NCBI RefSeq assembly: GCF_002075285.3
Contig: NZ_CP021983.2
Location: 3,120,001-3,152,000, forward strand
Direction: 5' to 3'
DNA: 32,000 nucleotides
Source of the DNA: Halomicronema hongdechloris C2206
GTDB taxonomy: Bacteria > Cyanobacteriota > Cyanobacteriia > Phormidesmidales > Phormidesmidaceae
Shown here piece after piece: positions 24,281 to 32,000 of this stretch. Made by a program: the position numbers and the translations under genes. A model generated the notes under the pieces. The model was not told the DNA's origin, searched no databases, and saw only the letters and a list, made by a program, of their open reading frames with translations. The stretch's first letter is position 1; each line of letters opens with the position of its first letter.

Positions 24281-24889
24281 TCAACGCAGGAAACTACTGA
24301 ACAGCCACAGCACCACAAAGGTCACCACTGCCGTGACCACATCTGAGGTAGCCCAGGCCCACTGCAGCCCCGACGCCGTTAACCCTTGGGCTAACGATAG
24401 GCCAACGGCAAAGCCAACGACCAGACCTGCCACCGTCAGCAACACCGAGCGCCAGAACTTATGTTCCTTACGGTTGAGGAAGTATATGGTGGCCCCCACG
24501 CCCAGAGCCAAAGCCAAAGAAGGCGTATAGAGCCCCAGTAAACACAGTACAGAGAAGGTGAACCCTGGCCACAGCACCTCATTGCGCTCTGGCGTATCCA
24601 TCAGTTGAGTTAACCACTCAGGCCGAGTCGGCGGCGGAGTCGCAGGCTTCGATGGTAAAGGCTCCGCCGCCGATTCTGCGAAGCGAATCCGATCGGGCAC
24701 TTTAATCTTCCCTTCCTGACGCAGGCGCAATCGCTCCATCAAGATGGCATCGTAGGCCGCCTCAATCGCTTCAATCCGCTTTCGATCATCGGCGCACTGT
24801 TCGATTAAGCGGTCGCGAGCCTCCTGAATATCCTCAAAGGAGGAGGACTCAGTTAACCCCAGCGTTTCATACGAGTTTTGTTCGTTCAT
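24281..24889 (-). CDS. J-domain-like membrane protein (DnaJ N-terminal-like plus DUF3353-type TM region; CPP1/CDF1-like)
   Basis: The N-terminus YETLGLTESSSFEDIQEARDRLIEQ is J-domain-like. The C-terminal half has three hydrophobic helices (VLWPGFTFSVLCLLGLY, WRSVLLTVAGLVVGFAVGL, VVTAVVTFVVLWLFSSF). Confidence 0.7.
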   Translation of the reverse strand: MNEQNSYETLGLTESSSFEDIQEARDRLIEQCADDRKRIEAIEAAYDAILMERLRLRQEGKIKVPDRIRFAESAAEPLPSKPATPPPTRPEWLTQLMDTPERNEVLWPGFTFSVLCLLGLYTPSLALALGVGATIYFLNRKEHKFWRSVLLTVAGLVVGFAVGLSLAQGLTASGLQWAWATSDVVTAVVTFVVLWLFSSFLR

Positions 24890-25240
24890 CTAGAACCTCC
24901 GAGAGCCCCCAGACTATCCTACTGACAGGCTACCTTGATCAACCCTACTCTTGCCGGCCAGAAGACGGCCCATGATGGTCCCTAGCCACCAGTGTAACCA
25001 TCCTCTGGCCAAACGAAAATGGGGCCCAATTCAGCCCTTGGTTGTCTAGATACTTTATCTAGGATCCACACCCAGTTAAATTCTCTAGTAAGCTATGGAT
25101 GCAATCTATAACTTTTTCGCGGAACTTGATGAAAATCCTTGTAGTGAATGATTGAGCGATTATGATGGAGCCACTTTGTGTGTACAGTTGCGCTACCATC
25201 TTGTCGCATCGGTGTTCATCTCGCAGCAAAGGTTAAGACC

Positions 25241-25957
25241 ATGGCTTCTGCCAAGATTCTCGTTGTTGATGACGATCCTGCCATTCGCAATCTGATCCAT
25301 CGTTTTCTGGCCAAGCAAGATTATCACGTGGAGTCTGCAGAAGACGGTAAAGGGGCCCTGGCAATCTTCGAACAATTGAATCCAGATTTGGTGGTCCTTG
25401 ACGTTAACCTACCCGATACCAACGGCTACGACCTCTGTGGTGAGATGCAGGCGCGTACCGGCGTGTTTGTGCTGATGCTGACCAGCCGCACCGATGAAGA
25501 CGATAAAATTCGGGGATTCCACCAGGGGGCCGACGACTATCTGACCAAACCCTTTGGCCTGCGAGAGTTGGAAGTCAGAGTGGGGGCCATCCTGAAGCGG
25601 CAACGCCCGGTCACCGCTGCAGAGCAACAGTGTCTCACCTTCAATAGTCTGGCCATCGACCCGGTGCGCCGGGAAGTTACCCTGGATGACGAACTGGTTC
25701 CCCTCACGGCCTTAGAGTTTGACCTGCTACACTTTTTGGCTAGCCATCCTGGGCGAGTATGGCGGCGGGCCGAATTGATCCAGAAGGTGTGGGATTACGA
25801 GTATGTGGGCGACCAGCGAGTGGTGGATGTCCATGTCGGCCAAATCCGCAAGAAAATTGAAAAAGATACGACCCAACCTGCTCTGATTCAAACAGTACGG
25901 GGAGTAGGCTATAAATTTGAACCGCCATCAGGGCAATTGGCTGAACCCGAGGCCTAA
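25241..25957 (+). CDS. OmpR-family response regulator
   Basis: Receiver domain KILVVDDDPAIRNLI ... DLVVLDVNLPDTNG ... GADDYLTKPF, and a winged-helix output domain (LTALEFDLLHFLASHPGRVW ... IQTVRGVGYKF). The ORF is open from 25178, but the ATG at 25241 gives the canonical N-terminus. Confidence 0.9.
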   Translation: MASAKILVVDDDPAIRNLIHRFLAKQDYHVESAEDGKGALAIFEQLNPDLVVLDVNLPDTNGYDLCGEMQARTGVFVLMLTSRTDEDDKIRGFHQGADDYLTKPFGLRELEVRVGAILKRQRPVTAAEQQCLTFNSLAIDPVRREVTLDDELVPLTALEFDLLHFLASHPGRVWRRAELIQKVWDYEYVGDQRVVDVHVGQIRKKIEKDTTQPALIQTVRGVGYKFEPPSGQLAEPEA

Positions 25958-25970
25958 CTCAAGGAGGAAC

Positions 25971-26624
25971 TCAGCTGAGGACACCCCAGTTAGAGACTTC
26001 TTCCCAGCCCAGCCCTTGTCTGACCAAGGTGGGTTCAGCCTCAGTTAAATCTAAGATGCTAGAGACCTGATACGTCAGCTCCTGGCCATTGTCGACGATC
26101 AGATCTACCTGCTTTTCTAAGTGGTCGAAGAGGCTGGCCTTAGAGAAGGTCGGCCGTTCGCTGCCATGGTCTAAGGGCATGAGCGACAGGGCTGAGGTGG
26201 AAATAATCGGAGTCTGCAAGCTTTCCAACAGAGCGTGGCAAATGGTGCTGTTAGGCACGCGAATACCGGTGGTGCGCCGCTTCGGACTCATGACCAGTTT
26301 GGGCACTTGCTTGGTAGCCGGGAGCAAGAAGGTATAGGGGCCCGGAATCAGATGGCGGATGATGCGATAGGCGGTGTCGCTGACAAAGGCATAATCGGCG
26401 ATATTAGAGAGGGATGAACAGAGAAACGTGAGGGGTTTGTCGTTGGCCAGTTGTTTCAGCTGGCGCACCCGTTGGATGGCGGCTTTCACCGTGAGGCTGC
26501 AGCCGATGGCATAGACCGTATCGGTGGGATACAGCACGATGGCACCAACGTCTAGGGCATCCTTGACAGCTTGAATCTTGTGGGATTGGGGATTGTCGGG
26601 ATGAATTTTGTAGACCGTAGCCAT
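25971..26624 (-). CDS. tsaC: L-threonylcarbamoyladenylate synthase (TsaC/YrdC/Sua5 family)
   Basis: YrdC-domain motifs: GAIVLYPTDTVYAIGCSL, KPLTFLCSSLSNI, LIPGPYTFLL, TGIRVPN. 217 aa. Confidence 0.85.
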   Translation of the reverse strand: MATVYKIHPDNPQSHKIQAVKDALDVGAIVLYPTDTVYAIGCSLTVKAAIQRVRQLKQLANDKPLTFLCSSLSNIADYAFVSDTAYRIIRHLIPGPYTFLLPATKQVPKLVMSPKRRTTGIRVPNSTICHALLESLQTPIISTSALSLMPLDHGSERPTFSKASLFDHLEKQVDLIVDNGQELTYQVSSILDLTEAEPTLVRQGLGWEEVSNWGVLS

Positions 26625-26822
26625 GGTTGATCTCCCAGTGATGAGTTCCAGCCGTCATCTCCCCATCTTAATAGTGGGGATGGTGGCAGGGCTGAGATGC
26701 AGGCGGTGAGGAATATTCAGATATTGATTAAATCTTGTTTGGTGACTACTCTGGCACCTGTTAGAGAAACACCTATTGCGCCTAAGGGCCAGCTGAACGA
26801 CCTGGACGAATGGAGAAGGGAC

Positions 26823-26856
26823 TAAGAAAAGCGGAGGTGCCACGAGTACCTCCGCT
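26823..26856 (-). terminator. rho-independent terminator of the DUF4168-lipoprotein unit
   Basis: 9-bp stem AGCGGAGGT (26830-26838) / ACCTCCGCT (26848-26856). On the minus strand it is followed by TTTTCTT (complement of 26823-26829). Lies 48 nt downstream of the lipoprotein stop. Confidence 0.7.
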
Positions 26857-26903
26857 CCCATTCAATTCTCTATGACGTCTGCAATGACTCGAGACATTAA
26901 CTG

Positions 26904-27200
26904 CTATGGTGTGCCGGGTTCACTCTCAGAATCACTGCCAGGCTCACCCATAGGATCACTGCCAGGCTCACCCATAGGATCACTGCCAGGCTCACCCATA
27001 GGATCACTACCAGGCTCACCCATAGGATCACTGCCAGGCTCACCCATAGGATCACTGCCAGGCTCACCCATGGGATCAGATGGCAATTCTTCCTCCGGCT
27101 GAGGCTGTTCTGGCTGAGGTTGTTCTCCGACGCCGCAGGCTGCCCCTAACAGAGCAAATCCAGCCACAACGGGCCAAGCTAACCATTTAGTCAACTTCAT
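26904..27200 (-). CDS. small lipoprotein with six tandem SDPMGEPG repeats
   Basis: Signal peptide plus lipobox MKLTKWLAWPVVAGFALLGAAC, then PQPEQPQPEE and 6 x SDPMGEPG. GGAGGA-type RBS (AGGAGGATATGTA before the ATG, minus strand). Confidence 0.7.
   Translation of the reverse strand: MKLTKWLAWPVVAGFALLGAACGVGEQPQPEQPQPEEELPSDPMGEPGSDPMGEPGSDPMGEPGSDPMGEPGSDPMGEPGSDPMGEPGSDSESEPGTP
26931..27074 (-). repeat. 6 x 24-bp near-perfect in-frame tandem repeat
   Basis: Plus-strand unit ATCACTGCCAGGCTCACCCATAGG starts at 26931, 26955, 26979, 27003, 27027 and 27051. There are only two substitutions (27009 G>A, 27072 A>G), both synonymous on the coding strand. Confidence 0.95.
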
Positions 27201-27247
27201 TACATATCCTCCTGAAGTGAAAAGTCTTGGGGTTAATTAACAGGGCG

Positions 27248-27760
27248 CTACTGTGCCAGGCGTTGGTTAATGGCTTGTCGCAACGCTTCATCTTGTTGGG
27301 CCATGGCTAGAATCTGCTCAAATTCCTCCACGCTTAGGCCCTCAGCCTGAATGGCTGATTCCATCTCCTCTCGAGCGTTGGTGCGAATGGCGTTGATCTG
27401 CTCAGTGGCCGCAGAAAACCGCTCGATTTGCTCGGGCGGTACCTCTGCCTGGATCTCAGGATTTTGCTGACTCTGGGCAATGGTATTGAACTCCTCGACC
27501 GTTAACCCTTCAGCTTCTACGGCCTGGATCATGTCAGCCTGAACATCTTCTTGAATGGTCTGGATGGCCTTGTAGGCGTCAGCAAACTGCTCAATTTGCT
27601 GCTCAGATAAGGTGGCTTGGCTGTCTAGCGTCTCAGGCGGTGGAGCCTGAGCGGGTTGAGGCTCTTGGGCCACAGCTTGCCCTCCTAATATGACCATTGG
27701 CGTAACCGCTAGCATCGCGGCAATTAGAGAGCCTTTGAGCAGGTGTGATGTTAGGATCAT
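27248..27760 (-). CDS. secreted DUF4168-like protein (two tandem helical modules)
   Basis: Signal peptide MILTSHLLKGSLIAAMLAVTPMVILGGQAVA. Two homologous modules: EQQIEQFADAYKAIQTIQEDVQADMIQAVEAEGLTVEEFNTI and PEQIERFSAATEQINAIRTNAREEMESAIQAEGLSVEEFEQI. Confidence 0.65.
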   Translation of the reverse strand: MILTSHLLKGSLIAAMLAVTPMVILGGQAVAQEPQPAQAPPPETLDSQATLSEQQIEQFADAYKAIQTIQEDVQADMIQAVEAEGLTVEEFNTIAQSQQNPEIQAEVPPEQIERFSAATEQINAIRTNAREEMESAIQAEGLSVEEFEQILAMAQQDEALRQAINQRLAQ

Positions 27761-27926
27761 GGGTTTCTCTTAGCGTATCTGCAGTGCAGTTCAATAGGGC
27801 TCGCTACGATTGATAGCGTAGAGACCAAAAGTAAAAAACTCGGCGAGGCAGGGCTGGATCACTACCTGAACTCTGGTACCCATGGACAGGACAGGCTAGA
27901 CGATGTAATTTTTACTGCAGCCAACC

Positions 27927-28607
27927 ATGAAGCTATTGCTGATTGAAGATGATGAGCGTATCGCCGACGCCCTGGCCGAGGATCTCAGTGACCAGCACTA
28001 TACGGTAGATGTGGTCTACGATGGTCAGACTGGATGGGACTATGCCGATATGGTTCAGTACGATTTGATTGTGCTGGATGTAATGTTGCCTGAAATTGAT
28101 GGCATTACCCTCTGCCAACGGCTACGTCAGGCTGGACATCAGGTCCCAATTTTGATGCTGACAGCGTGCGATACCATTGCCGATAAGGTATTGGGCTTAG
28201 ATGCTGGGGCAGATGACTATTTAGTTAAGCCCTTTGATTTGCAAGAGCTTTCCGCCCGCATTCGAGCATTGCTGCGGCGGGGAGAAACCACGACGCCACC
28301 GGTTTTGCAGTGGCACCAGCTGTCCCTCAACCCCAACACCTGTGATGTTAGCTATGGTGAGCAGCCCCTTGCCCTCAGCCCCAAGGAGTACAGCCTGCTG
28401 GAATTTTTTCTGCGCCACCAGCGCCGGGTCTTCAGCCGGGCGCAATTACTGGAACAACTGTGGCCGTTTGAACGGATGCCAGATGAGTCGACGGTAAAAG
28501 CCCATATTCGAGGACTGCGACAAAAGCTAGAGGCGGCAGGGGCGCCCAAGGATCTGATTGAAACGGTTTATGGGTTGGGCTATCGACTCAAACAACTGGA
28601 TGAATGA
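27927..28607 (+). CDS. OmpR-family response regulator
   Basis: MKLLLIEDDERIADAL ... DLIVLDVMLPEIDG ... GADDYLVKPF, plus a winged-helix domain (LSPKEYSLLEFFLRHQRRVFS ... IETVYGLGYRL). Confidence 0.9.
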   Translation: MKLLLIEDDERIADALAEDLSDQHYTVDVVYDGQTGWDYADMVQYDLIVLDVMLPEIDGITLCQRLRQAGHQVPILMLTACDTIADKVLGLDAGADDYLVKPFDLQELSARIRALLRRGETTTPPVLQWHQLSLNPNTCDVSYGEQPLALSPKEYSLLEFFLRHQRRVFSRAQLLEQLWPFERMPDESTVKAHIRGLRQKLEAAGAPKDLIETVYGLGYRLKQLDE

Positions 28608-28610
28608 GGT

Positions 28611-29969
28611 GTGGGGATGTTCGCAGGACTGCGATGGCGGTTGCTGTTGTATCAGCTCTCGGTGATGGCGACTATCTTAGTGGTATTTGGTCTGGGGGCA
28701 TATACCTTCTTTAGCCACAGTCTCTATCGTCAAACGAAGCAAAAGCTTAGGACCCTAGCCCAGGCTGCAACCCCATCTATGACCAAAGTAGCCTCCGGAG
28801 GGGATGGCTATCTCAACCAGCTGGATATGGTGCCCTGGCGGGATATTTTTAATCGTGATCAGCAGAGTCTGGAATGGTTCAACGTCAACGGGGAGTTATT
28901 GGCTCGACGCGGCAAAATTGAGTTGTCGGTGCCTCCTCAAGTGGGTCCCCAAACTATTCAGGGCAGTACCCCGGTGTATACCTTTACAGTGTCTGTCTTT
29001 GAAGGTGCCCCGGACGCGGGTAGCCCTACCTTACGGGGATATATTCGGGCCAGCCAGACGGCCCAGAGTATTCAGACGGCCAAGCAGCAGCTGCTATTAG
29101 GATTGGGGGTTGGCGGTGGGGTAGCGCTGGTATTAGTGGGAGTAGGAGGGGTGTGGTTAACTCGTATATCGCTGCATCCGATTGAACAGAGCTATCATCG
29201 GCTGATGCAATTCACGGCGGATGCTTCCCACGAGCTGCGGGGACCGTTAACAGCGATCAAAACCTCGGTGGAGGTCATGCAGCGCCACCCCGAGCGGATC
29301 CATCCTCGCGACATCAAGAAGCTGAGTGCGATCGCAAGTGCCACGACCCAGTTAAGCACCATGGCTGCCGATCTGCTACTGCTAGCTCGCATGGATGCCG
29401 ATACCATCGGCCAGTCGCCCCAGACTGTGTTGCTCAATCCACTCCTGCGGAACTTGGTGGAGTTATATGTTGACAATGCTCGTGCTCAGGGCATCGAGCT
29501 GACGTTTACCGAATCTGCCATCGTGGCGGTCATCGGTCAGCCAGCTCAGTTCAACCGACTGTTTACCAATCTGATTCAAAATGCCCTGCAATATACCTAT
29601 CAGGGTTGGGTGCAGGTGCGACTTTCTTGCTCTCGCCGACACGCCTTGGTGGCGGTGGTCGATACCGGCATTGGCATCGCCCCCCAAGACTTACCTCAAG
29701 TATTTGAGCGCTTTTGGCGAGCCGATAAGGCCCGTTCTCAACCGGCTGGCGGTAGCGGTTTGGGACTGGCAATCACCAAAGCAATTACCGAACAATATGG
29801 CGGCAAAATCTGGGTGACCAGCACCATCGGCAGTGGTAGCTGTTTTCATGTACAGTTTCCTCTGGCCAATGCTACGGCTGTTAAACCCCGCTCTTCACAG
29901 CCACTGGGGCAGCCTAAAGACATCAACTACCAGGATAACTCCGTAGGGGATCGCCAAGAAATGCGCTAG
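28611..29969 (+). CDS. sensor histidine kinase (two TM helices, periplasmic loop, HisKA, HATPase_c)
   Basis: TM1 LLLYQLSVMATILVVFGLGAYTFF, TM2 LLLGLGVGGGVALVLVGVGGVWL, H-box FTADASHELRGPLTAI, N-box NLIQNALQYT, G-boxes VVDTGIGI and GGSGLGLAITK. GTG at 28611 or ATG at 28617 (GAGG at 28606-28609). Starts 3 nt after the regulator stop. Confidence 0.9.
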   Translation: MGMFAGLRWRLLLYQLSVMATILVVFGLGAYTFFSHSLYRQTKQKLRTLAQAATPSMTKVASGGDGYLNQLDMVPWRDIFNRDQQSLEWFNVNGELLARRGKIELSVPPQVGPQTIQGSTPVYTFTVSVFEGAPDAGSPTLRGYIRASQTAQSIQTAKQQLLLGLGVGGGVALVLVGVGGVWLTRISLHPIEQSYHRLMQFTADASHELRGPLTAIKTSVEVMQRHPERIHPRDIKKLSAIASATTQLSTMAADLLLLARMDADTIGQSPQTVLLNPLLRNLVELYVDNARAQGIELTFTESAIVAVIGQPAQFNRLFTNLIQNALQYTYQGWVQVRLSCSRRHALVAVVDTGIGIAPQDLPQVFERFWRADKARSQPAGGSGLGLAITKAITEQYGGKIWVTSTIGSGSCFHVQFPLANATAVKPRSSQPLGQPKDINYQDNSVGDRQEMR

Positions 29970-29984
29970 AACTAAAGCGCACAG

Positions 29985-31433
29985 ATGAGCGGAACCATAG
30001 GGAGAGCAACTGTGATTGGCTATTTAGACTGTCCCACTGGGATTTCGGGCGACATGTGTTTGGGAGCGTTAGTCGATGCTGGGGTCCCTCTGGAGATGTT
30101 GCAAGAGCAACTCCATGGGTTGGGACTCTCCGATGAGTTTGAGTTGCGCTCCCATCTCGTCACCCGCAATGGCCAAGCTGCCACCAGGGTTGAGGTCGAT
30201 TTAAACTGCCAAGGACCCCATCGCCACCTGAGAGACATTGAAGAGCTGATCCAGCAGGCCCAGTTGCCACCCCAGGTCCGAGACCGGAGTCTGGCCATTT
30301 TTCGGCGCCTGGCCGCGGCGGAAGGGGCGGTCCACGGTATTGCCCTGGAGCAGGTCCATTTCCATGAGGTGGGAGCTACCGATGCCATTGTGGATATTGT
30401 TGGCACTTGCTTGGGGCTAGATTGGCTGCAGATTGATGCCCTCTACTGTTCGGCTCTGCCCACGGGGGGCGGCCGGGTGAGGGCGGCCCATGGCTGGTTG
30501 CCAGTGCCGGCGCCAGCGGTATTGCAACTGATGCAAATGGCCCAGGTGCCGATTTATAGCAATGGCATTGAGGCCGAATTGGTAACGCCGACGGGATGTG
30601 CGATCGCAACGACACTCGCCCAAGGTTTCGGCCCGCCGCCACCGTTGCGGCTACAGCGATTAGGGCTGGGGGCTGGGGGGCGTGATCTGTCGCTGCCGAA
30701 TTTGCTGCGGCTGTGGCTGGGGCCGGCTACCCTTGAGCCTTCTCAGCCATCTCCAACAACCACAACTCCCCTATCCCCAGCCGCAACACCCCCTAGCCTA
30801 GAAACCATCGCGGTCCTCCAGACTCAGGTAGACGATCTCAGTCCCCAAGCCATTGGCTACCTCTTCGACCAATTACTCCAGGCAGGAGCCCTGGACGTCT
30901 TCACCCAGGCCATTGCCATGAAAAAAAATCGCCCTGGGGTCTTGATCACGGTGATCTGCTGGCCAGACCAGATTACCACCTGTGAAACCCTGCTGTTTCA
31001 AGAGACCACGACCCTAGGAATTCGACGGCACTGGCAACACCGCCATGCCTTGCAACGGCAACGAGTACCGGTAGCCACTCCCTATGGCACCGTACATATG
31101 AAACTGGCGTGGGATGGAACCACCGGAACCCATTACACTGCTCAGCCTGAATACGAAGACTGTGCCCAGCTAGCCCAACAGCATCAGCGCCCCTGGCGCG
31201 AGATCCATCGCGTGGCCTTGCACTGCTGGCATAGCCAGCCTGAGGCAGCTACCTACCTTCCCTCTTCCTCGATATCGATATCTCCATCCAGTAGTGAATC
31301 ATCAAATGATTCATCAAATGATTCATCGAAGAGCCGCTCATCCAGCCAAGCAGCTGCCTCGTCTAGGTCCAACTCTTCTTCTGACTCTGATGACTCTACC
31401 GATAGGAGAGATTCATCCAGGGCATCGGTCTGA
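29985..31433 (+). CDS. larC: LarC-family nickel insertion protein (DUF111; nickel-pincer cofactor biosynthesis) with a Ser-rich low-complexity C-terminal extension
   Basis: IGYLDCPTGISGDMCLGALVDAGVP, FHEVGATDAIVDIVG, LVTPTGCAI, MKKNRPG and PEYEDC are LarC/DUF111 hallmarks. The GTG at 30012 (GGGAGAG 5 nt upstream) is an alternative start. The last 65 aa or so are Ser/Asp low complexity and antisense to the neighbouring gene. Confidence 0.85.
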   Translation: MSGTIGRATVIGYLDCPTGISGDMCLGALVDAGVPLEMLQEQLHGLGLSDEFELRSHLVTRNGQAATRVEVDLNCQGPHRHLRDIEELIQQAQLPPQVRDRSLAIFRRLAAAEGAVHGIALEQVHFHEVGATDAIVDIVGTCLGLDWLQIDALYCSALPTGGGRVRAAHGWLPVPAPAVLQLMQMAQVPIYSNGIEAELVTPTGCAIATTLAQGFGPPPPLRLQRLGLGAGGRDLSLPNLLRLWLGPATLEPSQPSPTTTTPLSPAATPPSLETIAVLQTQVDDLSPQAIGYLFDQLLQAGALDVFTQAIAMKKNRPGVLITVICWPDQITTCETLLFQETTTLGIRRHWQHRHALQRQRVPVATPYGTVHMKLAWDGTTGTHYTAQPEYEDCAQLAQQHQRPWREIHRVALHCWHSQPEAATYLPSSSISISPSSSESSNDSSNDSSKSRSSSQAAASSRSNSSSDSDDSTDRRDSSRASV

Positions 31434-32000
31434 TAAAGAAGCCGAGAAAAGATCCGAACTGTCTCCGCATCAGCCCGGCGACTCGGGGCAGCTCCATCCT
31501 CATCCTGATCTGACTGATACCCAACTGTTTGGGCCGCCATCCGTACTAGGTTATACTCCACATTCTCGGCATAGATAGCAAAGGTCACCCGGAAAATTTC
31601 TAGAAAATTGATCACCCACTGGCATTGCTCCTGGGGAAATTGCTCATAATAGCGGATCAGATCGGCAATGCGAGCCTCTAGATAGGGGTGAGAGTTCTTA
31701 GAAATTAAAATTAGTTTTAGCAGCAGCACGACCAACGTCAGCGAGTTACCCTGGGATAGAATCAGAGTGAAGAGTTGAGAAGGATTTTTCTTATCCTCAG
31801 TCATCAAGCTGTCAATGACCCGGTTACAGGTGCGTAGAATCAGCGATCGGTCAACTTCTTCATCGGCATATTCTGGATATAAATCCTCTAGTTTATGGGT
31901 CAACTGGCGCTTGATAGTTTTCGCCGTCCCTTTGCGATTTATGGAATATAGCAGATATTGCAGCAGGCTTTTCTTGAATTGTTGATAGGTGAGCTGCTTA
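31253..32000 (-). CDS. hypothetical protein with acidic C-terminal tail, 5'-truncated by the window edge
   Basis: The frame stays open from the listed TTG (31903) to position 31999 with no stop (upstream codons read ...KQLTYQQFKKSLLQYLLYSINRKGTAKTIKRQ). The helical body ends in an Asp/Glu-rich tail (DESFDESFDDSLLDGDIDIEEEGR). No family recognised. Confidence 0.5.
   Translation of the reverse strand, partial: KQLTYQQFKKSLLQYLLYSINRKGTAKTIKRQLTHKLEDLYPEYADEEVDRSLILRTCNRVIDSLMTEDKKNPSQLFTLILSQGNSLTLVVLLLKLILISKNSHPYLEARIADLIRYYEQFPQEQCQWVINFLEIFRVTFAIYAENVEYNLVRMAAQTVGYQSDQDEDGAAPSRRADAETVRIFSRLLYQTDALDESLLSVESSESEEELDLDEAAAWLDERLFDESFDESFDDSLLDGDIDIEEEGR

Noticed and set aside
26655-26861. 68-aa ORF between tsaC and the lipoprotein gene
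   Set aside because: No RBS, an unconvincing translation, and it spans the terminator hairpin of the neighbouring operon. Most likely non-coding promoter/terminator space.
26931-27074. Regular 24-bp repeats that might have been a CRISPR array
   Set aside because: The units are directly adjacent with no spacers. They are in frame within a lipoprotein ORF, and no cas genes are present.
1-32000. Search for tRNA, rRNA, integrase/transposase genes, att-like direct repeats flanking the 6.5-11.4 kb islet, reverse transcriptase/DGR components
   Set aside because: By-eye inspection of the intergenic regions and the ORF translations showed no cloverleaf-like sequence, no rRNA-like tract, no recombinase or RT motifs and no flanking direct repeats. 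The islet therefore cannot be called a bounded mobile element from this window.

Overview
Cyanobacterial chromosomal DNA. This is inferred from at least 16 copies of the HIP1 octamer GCGATCGC, a long-chain flavodoxin, a DevBCA-type exporter, a CPP1-like J-protein, HPPD and a CbiG-CobJ fusion. I see about 28 protein-coding genes and no rRNA, tRNA or CRISPR array. Most of the window is ordinary core content: a GT28 glycosyltransferase plus GH1 glycosidase pair, flavodoxin plus a Crp-family regulator, a methyltransferase, a CvfC-like Nfu_N/HEAT protein, CorA, CbiG-CobJ, a TPR protein, a tripartite ABC exporter, a Gfo/Idh/MocA oxidoreductase, HPPD, TsaC, two OmpR-type regulators, a histidine kinase and LarC. 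The stand-out is a co-oriented minus-strand islet at 6.5-11.4 kb. It encodes a 1289-aa STAND NTPase (short helical adaptor-like N-terminus, NACHT core, about 700 aa of HEAT repeats), then ParD, a frameshifted ParE, and an unknown 136-aa protein translationally coupled to ParE. The HEAT-repeat part of the NACHT gene is an in-frame AT-rich, HIP1-free cassette (about 7650-9720) inside an otherwise GC-rich gene, which suggests sensor-module swapping. I rank this as the best candidate for an undescribed NLR-like conflict or defence system. Other points worth a second look: a 124-bp MITE-like repeat present twice, an apparent frameshift in cbiG-cobJ at a G-run, a small secreted protein with a duplicated 14-aa module that differs only synonymously, a VapC remnant, a lipoprotein with six near-perfect 24-bp tandem repeats next to a DUF4168 protein and a two-component-system-LarC operon, and a 181-bp convergent overlap at the LarC 3' end. 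All family calls come from reading the translations by eye. No database search was run.
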